Shown: piece by piece, positions 1 to 7,007 of the stretch | Layout: every line of letters begins with the position of its first letter | How positions within the stretch are numbered: position 1 is the stretch's first letter | Source of the DNA: a phage | DNA length: 39,329 bases | Sequence record: PZ402303.1 | Strand: one strand, 5' to 3' | Notes under the pieces: model-generated | Seen by the model: only the letters and a program-made list of their open reading frames with translations | What the model was told of the DNA's origin: nothing | Databases searched by the model: none | Made by a program: the position numbers and the translations under genes

Positions 1-207
1 ATGTTGTCATTGGATTTTAACAACGAGGTAGTGAAGGCTGCTCCGATTGTAGGGACAGGGGTTGCCGATGGTGCTGCCAGACTGTTCTTCGGCCTGTCAC
101 TTAACGAGTGGTTCTATGTAGCCGCAATTGCCTACACAGTGGCTCAAATTGGTGCCAAGGTAGTCGATGTGATTATCAAATGGAAGAAGGAGGGTAAAGA
201 TGTCTAA
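1..207 (+). CDS. 17.5: Type II holin (T7 gp17.5-like), 68 aa
   Basis: Near-identical to recalled T7 gp17.5 (MLSLDFNNE...FYVAAIAYT); RBS AGGAGG lies at the window end (39315-39320), consistent with circular permutation. Confidence 0.85.
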   Translation: MLSLDFNNEVVKAAPIVGTGVADGAARLFFGLSLNEWFYVAAIAYTVAQIGAKVVDVIIKWKKEGKDV

Positions 208-469
208 TGATAAATCTTTGATTCAATTCCTTGAGATGCTGGACACTGAGATGGCTCAACGTATGCTGAAAGACCTTCAGGATGACGAGAAGCGCACACC
301 TCAACTGTACAACGCAATCGGGAAACTATTAGAGCGCCACAAGTTCCAAGTCTCCAAGTTACAGCCAGACCGTAACATCCTTGGTGGACTGGCAGATGGA
401 CTCGAAGAGTACCAGAACATGGTAGGTGCCGACGGTCTCACTGAAGATGAGAAGTACACGCTGAACTGA
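200..469 (+). CDS. 18: Small terminase subunit / DNA maturase A (gp18-like), 89 aa
   Basis: Same size and position as T7 gp18; RBS AAGGAGGG upstream; start overlaps holin stop. Confidence 0.85.
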   Translation: MSNDKSLIQFLEMLDTEMAQRMLKDLQDDEKRTPQLYNAIGKLLERHKFQVSKLQPDRNILGGLADGLEEYQNMVGADGLTEDEKYTLN

Positions 470-473
470 TGGA

Positions 474-516
474 ATAACTCAAGGCCACTACATCTAGTGG
501 TCTTTATGATATTTCA
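474..516 (+). promoter_or_regulatory. RNase III-type processing hairpin (R18.5-like)
   Basis: Motif aactcaaggCCACTAcatcTAGTGGtctttatgat; member of a 7-copy family with the shared motif ctcaaggtc...ggcctttatgat. Confidence 0.55.
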
Positions 517-567
517 ACACAACTCACGGTGACGCTACGTGAAATCTGAAAATACGGGAGGGTAGTT

Positions 568-1011
568 ATGCTCAAGAATTTAAAGAGCTACGCCATAATC
601 GCTGCGTTTGCCTTGGGTATTACCCTTGCGTATAACCACGGATATGACAAAGCTAACACTAAATGGGAACAGGAGGTGCACAATGAGTACGTTAAGAAAG
701 TTGAGGCGACTGCGGATAAACAGGCTGCTCTCAATGAAGTCTCACGACAATACCAAGAAGACCTTGCGGCGCTGGAAGGCAGCACTGATAGGGTCATTAA
801 TGATTTGCGTAACGATGGTAAGCGGCTGCGTGTCAAACTATCAGCCACCTCACGAGAACTCCAAGCTAACGGTGGATGCCTCGTTGATGGTCGAGCCGAA
901 CTTGACGAAGAGTTTAGTAAGCGTCTTATCGGAGTAACTCAAAGAGGGGATGCGTGGATTAAAGCGCTCCAAAATACAATAACTGAAATACAATCTAAGA
1001 AGGAGAAATAA
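568..1011 (+). CDS. 18.5: Rz-like inner-membrane spanin (gp18.5-like), 147 aa
   Basis: N-terminal TM helix, coiled-coil body, position after gene 18; RBS GGGAGGG. Confidence 0.85.
   Translation: MLKNLKSYAIIAAFALGITLAYNHGYDKANTKWEQEVHNEYVKKVEATADKQAALNEVSRQYQEDLAALEGSTDRVINDLRNDGKRLRVKLSATSRELQANGGCLVDGRAELDEEFSKRLIGVTQRGDAWIKALQNTITEIQSKKEK
683..937 (+). CDS. 18.7: Rz1-like outer-membrane lipoprotein spanin (gp18.7-like) embedded in +1 frame of 18.5, 84 aa
   Basis: ATG at 683 preceded by AGGAGG; lipobox-like VSGC; Pro-rich C-terminal part; embedded arrangement as in T7 Rz/Rz1. Confidence 0.8.
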   Translation: MSTLRKLRRLRINRLLSMKSHDNTKKTLRRWKAALIGSLMICVTMVSGCVSNYQPPHENSKLTVDASLMVEPNLTKSLVSVLSE

Positions 1012-1012
1012 T

Positions 1013-1570
1013 ATGGCTGCTACAAACTCAAGAACCCGCACACTCTGGACCATCAATGGTCGCTCACCAGACAGTCGTGATGTGTATGACCACAACAATA
1101 TTGGTATTCGCGTTGGGCGTATCGACATCCCAGCTTCGGAGATGGTCAAGGTAGATGGCTACTCTAAGGTTGAATACGTTGTTCAACTTAGCGATGGCAC
1201 CACTGAGCAACATGCTACGTTCGAGACCCTTATGTCCACTTGGGGTGGCTCCGTCGAGTCTAAGCCGGGAAGCGGGTTCATGACGGTGTTCCTGAATGAG
1301 CAAAGCACTGAGCGACTCGGTATGGTTCGAATCGACGTATACAAAGAGTGGACTGGTGCTGACCCTGAACCTGAAGGTGGCATGGCTTCCTTAGTTAGCG
1401 CAACGCTTTCTGCGTCTGATAGTGAATTTGGTACACAGTTCGTGGATAGCGAAGGGAAGAGCGCTTCCGTTATGTTCCAACCTAGTAACATCGACGGGGC
1501 TGTATCTAAGACCGACACTATCAAGGCTCTTGAGAAGCGCATTGATGCCTTAGAGAAATCTGCCAAGTAA
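1013..1570 (+). CDS. Hypothetical protein, 185 aa, no recognised family; mildly acidic, beta-rich with C-terminal amphipathic helix (KALEKRIDALEKSAK)
   Basis: Strong RBS AAGGAG 7 nt upstream of ATG; tightly packed between 18.5 stop (1011) and gene 19 RBS; no counterpart at this locus in T7 as I recall it. Confidence 0.7.
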   Translation: MAATNSRTRTLWTINGRSPDSRDVYDHNNIGIRVGRIDIPASEMVKVDGYSKVEYVVQLSDGTTEQHATFETLMSTWGGSVESKPGSGFMTVFLNEQSTERLGMVRIDVYKEWTGADPEPEGGMASLVSATLSASDSEFGTQFVDSEGKSASVMFQPSNIDGAVSKTDTIKALEKRIDALEKSAK

Positions 1571-1585
1571 CAATAGGAGGCCACA

Positions 1586-3343
1586 ATGTCTACTCAAGCA
1601 AACAAGAATGCGCTCATCGTGGCGCAACTTAAGGGTGACTTCGTGGCCTTCCTGTTCGTCTTATGGAAGGCTCTGAACTTACCTAAACCAACCAAGTGTC
1701 AGATTGATATGGCACGTACACTCGCTAATGGCGACCACAAGAAGTTTATCCTACAGGCGTTCCGTGGTATCGGCAAGTCCTTTATCACCTGTGCGTTCGT
1801 CGTGTGGGTCTTATGGCGTGACCCTCAACTTAAGGTGCTCATCGTGTCTGCCTCTAAGGAACGTGCTGATGCTAACTCCATCTTCATCAAGAACATCATC
1901 GACCTCCTTCCGTTCCTCTCTGAGTTGAAACCTCGACCGGGACAGCGAGACTCCGTGATTAGCTTCGACGTTGGCTTGGCGAAACCAGACCACTCACCCT
2001 CTGTGAAGTCTGTAGGCATTACTGGTCAGTTGACTGGTAGCCGTGCTGACATTATCATCGCAGATGACGTTGAGGTTCCCGGCAACAGTTCTACAAGCTC
2101 TGCTCGTGAGAAGCTGTGGACACTGGTAACTGAGTTTGCTGCGTTACTTAAGCCGTTACCTACCTCTCGTGTTATCTACCTTGGGACACCTCAAACCGAG
2201 ATGACTCTCTATAAGGAACTTGAGGATAACAAAGGGTACAGCACGGTAATCTGGCCAGCACAGTATCCACGTAATGATGCTGAGGCTCTCTACTATGGGG
2301 ACCGCTTGGCTCCGATGCTTAAGGCTGAATACGATGAGGGCTATGAGTTACTTCGTGGTCAACCTACTGACCCTGTTCGATTCGATATGGATGACCTCCG
2401 TGAACGTGAACTCGAATATGGCAAAGCTGGCTACACTCTTCAGTTCATGCTTAACCCGAACCTTAGTGATGCCGAGAAGTACCCGCTACGGCTCCGTGAC
2501 GCTATCGTGTGCGCTGTGGACCCCGAACGTGCCCCATTGTCTTACCAGTGGTTGCCGAACCGTCAGAACCGCAATGAGGAACTCCCTAACGTTGGTCTTA
2601 AGGGTGATGACATCCATGCGTTCCATACGTGCTCTTCTCGTACCGCTGAGTATCAGTCTAAGATTCTGGTCATTGACCCAAGTGGTCGTGGTAAGGATGA
2701 GACCGGGTACGCAGTCCTCTACTCACTTAACGGTTATATCTACTTGATGGAAGTCGGTGGGTTCCGTGGTGGTTACGATGATGCTACCCTAGAGAAGCTC
2801 GCTAAGAAGGCCAAGCAGTGGAAGGTACAGACAGTCGTCCATGAGTCCAACTTCGGTGACGGTATGTTCGGTAAGATTTTCTCTCCGATTCTCCTGAAGC
2901 ACCATAAGTGTGCCTTAGAGGAAATCCGTGCTAAGGGCATGAAGGAGATGCGAATCTGCGATACTATCGAACCGTTGATGGGTGCGCACAAGCTGGTAAT
3001 TCGTGATGAGGTTATTCGTGAGGACTACCAGACTGCTCGTGACCTTGATGGGAAACATGATGTTCGCTATAGTGCGTTCTATCAGATGACCCGTATGACC
3101 CGTGAGCGAGGCGCTGTGGCACACGATGACCGACTTGATGCTATCGCATTGGGTATCGAATGGCTACGCGAGGGGATGCTTGTAGACAGCCGTGTAGGTG
3201 AAGAAGAGATGACCCTTGAGTTCCTTGAACACCACATGGAGAAACAGACCATTGGTGGCGACCAGATTCATAGCTATGATGTAGGAGGTGTGGACATCTA
3301 CTATGAGGACGATGGGGACTCTAGCAGCTTCATTGAGTGGTAA
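1586..3343 (+). CDS. 19: Large terminase subunit / DNA maturase B (gp19), 585 aa
   Basis: High similarity to recalled T7 gp19 ([30 protein letters not shown]...TSFIEW); Walker A-like GIGKS. Confidence 0.95.
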   Translation: MSTQANKNALIVAQLKGDFVAFLFVLWKALNLPKPTKCQIDMARTLANGDHKKFILQAFRGIGKSFITCAFVVWVLWRDPQLKVLIVSASKERADANSIFIKNIIDLLPFLSELKPRPGQRDSVISFDVGLAKPDHSPSVKSVGITGQLTGSRADIIIADDVEVPGNSSTSSAREKLWTLVTEFAALLKPLPTSRVIYLGTPQTEMTLYKELEDNKGYSTVIWPAQYPRNDAEALYYGDRLAPMLKAEYDEGYELLRGQPTDPVRFDMDDLRERELEYGKAGYTLQFMLNPNLSDAEKYPLRLRDAIVCAVDPERAPLSYQWLPNRQNRNEELPNVGLKGDDIHAFHTCSSRTAEYQSKILVIDPSGRGKDETGYAVLYSLNGYIYLMEVGGFRGGYDDATLEKLAKKAKQWKVQTVVHESNFGDGMFGKIFSPILLKHHKCALEEIRAKGMKEMRICDTIEPLMGAHKLVIRDEVIREDYQTARDLDGKHDVRYSAFYQMTRMTRERGAVAHDDRLDAIALGIEWLREGMLVDSRVGEEEMTLEFLEHHMEKQTIGGDQIHSYDVGGVDIYYEDDGDSSSFIEW

Positions 3344-3432
3344 TATAGATAAGTATGCGGGAAAGGTGCATAGGTAAGCACTTAGTACCGCTACGTTACC
3401 GTTAAGTAACTTACTGATATACATGAAGAAAT

Positions 3433-3455
3433 TAATACGACTCACTATTGGGAAG
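3433..3455 (+). promoter_or_regulatory. Phage RNAP promoter (phiOR-like)
   Basis: TAATACGACTCACTATT-GGGAAG. Confidence 0.75.
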
Positions 3456-3611
3456 GGCACCCTAAGACAACTTAAAGACACTTAAAGACTGCATATGCAA
3501 AGTGCATACTTAGTGACTACTCTTAGAGACCCTTACAGTGTGGGATGATAGTAATTGTAATTACATCCCTACTATCAGTGTAACCATCAAGTATAACAAG
3601 GAGGACGCTCT

Positions 3612-3767
3612 ATGCGCTTACTATCCGTGCTCAAGACACTGGCAACGCATCGAGTGACCTACAAATTTCTCGCTGTACTTGCTGCTTCCATCGGTCTCGC
3701 ATCTAGTGTTGAACACATCGGTGAACTGGAGACTCTGCTTTGTTCTCTACTCACTTGTGTTCCTTAG
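3612..3767 (+). CDS. Small protein, 51 aa (positional gp19.5 analogue)
   Basis: Strong RBS AAGGAGG 7 nt upstream; downstream of phiOR as gene 19.5 is in T7; not on ORF track because under 60 aa. Confidence 0.5.
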   Translation: MRLLSVLKTLATHRVTYKFLAVLAASIGLASSVEHIGELETLLCSLLTCVP

Positions 3768-3998
3768 ACTGCTCGTTGGCGCTTAACGCGCTCTTAGTGA
3801 TTATGGTCGATATACATCTTCCCTATAATCACTGTAAGAAGTCAACTCTAAGAGGTAGCCTTATGTATTCCTTAACGGTCTACAGGGTCTCTTAGGGTCT
3901 CTCACGTGGTCTAACCTTATGATAGCCACTCCAAGGATAACCTTATGAGAGACTTGATGTACCCCTTTAAGAATCCTACAGAAAAATCTGAGTGGGTA

Positions 3999-4175
3999 TC
4001 TCATAGTTCATACCAAGTGGTTTCCCCCCTGTAGGTAACTCTGTGGATAACCTGAGGATAACTCTGTGGATAACTTGTGGATAACTCTAGGTTAGAGGCT
4101 GTGTGGATAACTTTGGGTGAGACTGTTAGTAACTCTGTGGATAACTCTGTGTCTCTGTGTCCCTATCTGTAAGTG
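3999..4175. repeat. Probable terminal repeat of the linear virion genome (concatemer junction copy), boundaries approximate
   Basis: Begins TCTCATAG...TTTCCCCCCTGTAGG and ends GTGTCTCTGTGTCCCTATCTGT, resembling recalled T7 TR start and end; internal (a)actctgtggataac direct repeats; flanked by ccttatg-type short-repeat arrays (about 3860-3950 and 4185-4250). Confidence 0.45.
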
Positions 4176-4323
4176 ACCTTTGAGTTATCACCTTATGTTA
4201 TCACCTTATGACCCTTTAAGTATCACCTTATGGCTGGTTATCCTTATGTTAACCTTCAGTCGGTGCCTTCAGTCCATAGACCTATCGTTGCCACTCTTAG
4301 ACCAGCCTTAAATACCATACAGC

Positions 4324-4346
4324 TAATATGACTCACTATTGAGGAA
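4324..4346 (+). promoter_or_regulatory. Phage RNAP promoter (phiOL-like, degenerate)
   Basis: TAATATGACTCACTATT-GAGGAA. Confidence 0.6.
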
Positions 4347-4429
4347 TAGCTAATACTGGTCATCTTCCTTATAGGGATAACTTAAAGACTACTAAAAGAG
4401 ATACTTTGAGAATTCTTTAAGATTGAGTA

Positions 4430-4458
4430 TTGACATTGATAATAGCTTATGAGACTAT
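4430..4458 (+). promoter_or_regulatory. Host sigma70 early promoter candidate (A1-like)
   Basis: -35 TTGACA at 4430-4435; weak -10 (GACTAT) at about 17 nt spacing. Confidence 0.4.
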
Positions 4459-4564
4459 AGCAACCGTTGAGAGACACAACGCTACCAACCACTAGACAAG
4501 ACCGAGAGTTATCTAGTGAGGCTGAAGAGTCTCAAGTAGTCATCAACCAGACACACGAAAGTGG

Positions 4565-4593
4565 TTGACTCAACGAAAGCAATAACGTAGTAT
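4565..4593 (+). promoter_or_regulatory. Host sigma70 promoter candidate
   Basis: -35 TTGACT (4565-4570), 17-nt spacer, -10 TAGTAT (4588-4593). Confidence 0.45.
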
Positions 4594-4654
4594 AGCAGTC
4601 GTCAACAACTGGTCGCCCTCTGAAACAACATGAGGTGTCACGGTGAGAAAGGTG

Positions 4655-4684
4655 TTGACAAGCAGTAAAGATAAGATGTAAGAT
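4655..4684 (+). promoter_or_regulatory. Host sigma70 early promoter (A2-like)
   Basis: -35 TTGACA, 18-nt spacer, -10 TAAGAT; same architecture as recalled T7 A2. Confidence 0.6.
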
Positions 4685-4814
4685 GTACGACATGCAATAA
4701 GAGAGAACGGATAGGAACTGCGAAACCTGCCGGATACTCGCCAAGGATGAGGCACTGCTTATTGGAGTATGCAGACACGATAAGCACCACGTTATCTTCT
4801 AGTCAAATTAAGTG

Positions 4815-4843
4815 TTGACACGGTAACGAAAGCACGATAAGAT
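4815..4843 (+). promoter_or_regulatory. Host sigma70 early promoter (A3-like)
   Basis: -35 TTGACA, 17-nt spacer, -10 TAAGAT; downstream cagtgagtcaccacactgaaaggtgatgcggtctaacgaaacctgacc matches recalled T7 early leader. Confidence 0.6.
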
Positions 4844-4965
4844 GTACCACGAAATGACGGAACAGTGAGTCACCACACTGAAAGGTGATGCGGTCTAACG
4901 AAACCTGACCAAAGACGCTCTTTAACAATCTGGATAATAGCTCTTGAGTGTACCGTATAAGCGAA

Positions 4966-5008
4966 TAACTCAAGGTCGCACTGAAAGCGTGGCCTTTATG
5001 ATATTCAC
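4966..5008 (+). promoter_or_regulatory. RNase III-type processing hairpin (R0.3-like)
   Basis: aactcaaggtcgcactgaaagcgtggcctttatgatattcac. Confidence 0.6.
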
Positions 5009-5036
5009 TTAACGAACTAACATGAGGTAACACCTA

Positions 5037-5495
5037 ATGATTTTCACTAAAGAGCCTGCTAATGTCTTCTATGTACTGGTGTCAGCTTTCCGTTCCAACC
5101 TCGACGATGAGGTGAATATGAGTCGTCACCGCCACATGGTAAGCACTTTACGTGCCGCACCGGGTCTTTATGGCTCCGTTGAGTCAACCGATTTGACCGG
5201 GTGCTATCGTGAGGCAATCGCAAGCGCACCGACTGAGGAAAAAACGGTTCGTGTACGCTGCAAGGACAAGGCGCAGGCACTCAATGTTGCACGCTTAGCT
5301 TGCAATGAGTGGGAGCAAGATTGCGTACTGGTATACAAATCACAGACTCACACGGCTGGTCTGGTGTACGCTAAAGGAATCGACGGTTACAAGGCTGAAC
5401 GTCTGCCGGGTAGCTTCCAAGAAGTGCCTAAAGGCGCACCGCTTCAAGGTTGCTTTACGATTGATGAGTTCGGTCGCCGCTGGCAAGTACAGTAA
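5037..5495 (+). CDS. 0.3: S-adenosyl-L-methionine-cleaving anti-restriction protein (T3-type gene 0.3 SAMase / SAM lyase), 152 aa
   Basis: Near-identical over full length to recalled T3 SAMase (MIFTKEPANVFYVLVSAFRSNL...GRRWQVQ); first early gene after A promoters; RBS GAGGT. Confidence 0.9.
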   Translation: MIFTKEPANVFYVLVSAFRSNLDDEVNMSRHRHMVSTLRAAPGLYGSVESTDLTGCYREAIASAPTEEKTVRVRCKDKAQALNVARLACNEWEQDCVLVYKSQTHTAGLVYAKGIDGYKAERLPGSFQEVPKGAPLQGCFTIDEFGRRWQVQ

Positions 5496-5500
5496 GTGAT

Positions 5501-5565
5501 AAACTCAAGGTCGCTCAATATGAGTGGCCTTTCATGATTATCAGAGTGGCCTTTCATGATTATCA
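5501..5565 (+). promoter_or_regulatory. RNase III-type hairpin (R0.5-like) with a 22-bp tandem duplication of its 3' arm
   Basis: aaactcaaggtcgctcaatat then gagtggcctttcatgattatca twice (5522-5543 and 5544-5565). Confidence 0.5.
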
Positions 5566-5593
5566 CTTTGAAACAACGCACGGGATTAATATC

Positions 5594-5731
5594 ATGCTGA
5601 AACATTACGTCATGCCTATCCACACCAAGAACGGCGCTACAGTTTGCACACCTGATGGCTTCGCAATGAAACAACGAATCGAACGCCTTAAGCGTGAACT
5701 GCGCACAAATCGCAAGATCAACAATATCTAA
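5594..5731 (+). CDS. Small basic early protein, 45 aa
   Basis: ATG at 5594 within track ORF 5534..5731; weak SD (GGGA); occupies the 0.4-0.6 slot; basic C-terminus RIERLKRELRTNRK. Confidence 0.35.
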   Translation: MLKHYVMPIHTKNGATVCTPDGFAMKQRIERLKRELRTNRKINNI

Positions 5732-5836
5732 ATCTAATTACATTTGACACTGGATAATGCACGAAGTGAGCGCTAGCGACATCATGGGCGCTCTCTCTCC
5801 CTCTTAAAGTAAACTAACTAAATAGGACACAATCTA

Positions 5837-6934
5837 ATGAACTACACCGACATTCAGGCACGTCTGGCAATCATCAAGTCTCTCCCGATTAGTGAACTGG
5901 ACAAGCGCCAGCCTCTTTTGGTTGCACTGGCTGCTGACATCGTGAACGGTGAAACATGCGATGGTGACGATACAAACGGGTCGCAGTGTCTTGAGTATCA
6001 GGACTGGTGGAACACCTTGGGCGCTCTCATGCGTGATGCAGGTTTTCGTATGTTGGGTAATGGTCATTTTAGTGCGGCCTACTCGCATGAACTGTTACCG
6101 GGTCGAGTCGTCAAGGTTGGCTTTAAGAAAGAGGATTCAGGCGCTGCGTACACTGCGTTCTGTAGGATGCACCAAGGCCGAGCGGGTATCCCTAACGTCT
6201 ATCACGTAGCACGTCATGCAGGTTGCTATACGGTCGTACTGGACCACTTAAAAAGCTGTGACGACGATAATTATGACCATGAGGCATACGCTGACCTCGC
6301 ACGTTACTTTGTGGAGTCGGATTGCCATGACGCAAGCGACTTTGCACCGGGTGACTACGAGTTCATCGAGACTTGCAAAATGATTCGTGAGTTCTTCAAA
6401 GGGATTGCATCTTTCGACATGCATCGCGGGAACATTATGTTCGACGATAACGATGTTCCGTACATCACTGACCCGGTTAGTTTCTCACATGACCGTGAAC
6501 GTGAGGGCGGTTTGCCTCTGGACCCTGAAGAACTGCTGGCTGAGGTCGAGGCTGTAGCGCAAGAACGCATGATTGAACGTTGCCGCAACCGCAAGGCCAA
6601 GTGTGACCCTAACGGCTCCTTTCAGGTTAACCGCAAGGCCGCAATGAAACGCCGCAAGCGTAACCGTAAGTTACGTGCTAAACATGCAGCGGAAGGAATG
6701 CACCAGTTTGTCAAAGGGCGGCTTGAGCGTAGAGCTATTGACCGAAATGAACGCCGTGCTGAGATGTTTATGGGGTCTGCATGGCATTACGCATGGTTGC
6801 ATAATGGTAACGCAACGTTCCGCAAGGTTGAACAAGTGAACGGCCTCAAGTGGCAACTAGGGGACCACCTAGCAATCCAAGCGGGTCTCCCTTTGAACAT
6901 CGACAAGTTACTTGACGCACAACTGAAAGGCTGA
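5837..6934 (+). CDS. 0.7: Ser/Thr protein kinase with host-shutoff C-terminal domain (gp0.7), 365 aa
   Basis: Strong similarity to recalled T7 gp0.7 (...ELDKRQ...GFKMLGNGHFSAAYSH...KVGFKKEDSGAAYTAFCRM...IPNVY...HAGCYTVVLD...). Confidence 0.9.
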   Translation: MNYTDIQARLAIIKSLPISELDKRQPLLVALAADIVNGETCDGDDTNGSQCLEYQDWWNTLGALMRDAGFRMLGNGHFSAAYSHELLPGRVVKVGFKKEDSGAAYTAFCRMHQGRAGIPNVYHVARHAGCYTVVLDHLKSCDDDNYDHEAYADLARYFVESDCHDASDFAPGDYEFIETCKMIREFFKGIASFDMHRGNIMFDDNDVPYITDPVSFSHDREREGGLPLDPEELLAEVEAVAQERMIERCRNRKAKCDPNGSFQVNRKAAMKRRKRNRKLRAKHAAEGMHQFVKGRLERRAIDRNERRAEMFMGSAWHYAWLHNGNATFRKVEQVNGLKWQLGDHLAIQAGLPLNIDKLLDAQLKG

Positions 6935-6943
6935 TAAGGTGTA

Positions 6944-6984
6944 TCTTCAAGGTCGGCACTGACTGCTGGCCTTTATAGATAAAC
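6944..6984 (+). promoter_or_regulatory. RNase III-type hairpin (R1-like)
   Basis: tcttcaaggtcggcactgactgctggcctttatagataaac. Confidence 0.55.
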
Positions 6985-7007
6985 TTTCTTAACAACGTGA
7001 GGCAACA

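Noticed and set aside
2274-2747. + strand 157-aa ORF in an alternative frame inside gene 19 (possible 19.2/19.3 analogue)
   Set aside because: No SD before the ATG and low-complexity Leu/Ser/Arg-rich translation typical of an off-frame read; cannot be supported without conservation data
3433-3611. Imperfect inverted repeat gggatgatagtaattgtaattacatccc downstream of phiOR as a possible terminator or operator
   Set aside because: No T-tract follows and the pairing is interrupted; insufficient support for a specific function
4027-4250. Arrays of short direct repeats (actctgtggataac and caccttatg units) that superficially resemble a CRISPR array
   Set aside because: Units are 9-16 bp with irregular spacing and no spacer-like unique segments, and sit in and beside the terminal repeat; consistent with T7-type end repeats involved in concatemer processing
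5744-5772. TTGACA hexamer upstream of gene 0.7 as a possible host promoter
   Set aside because: No acceptable -10 element at 16-19 nt spacing (the only TATAAT-like match, GATAAT, is 3 nt away)
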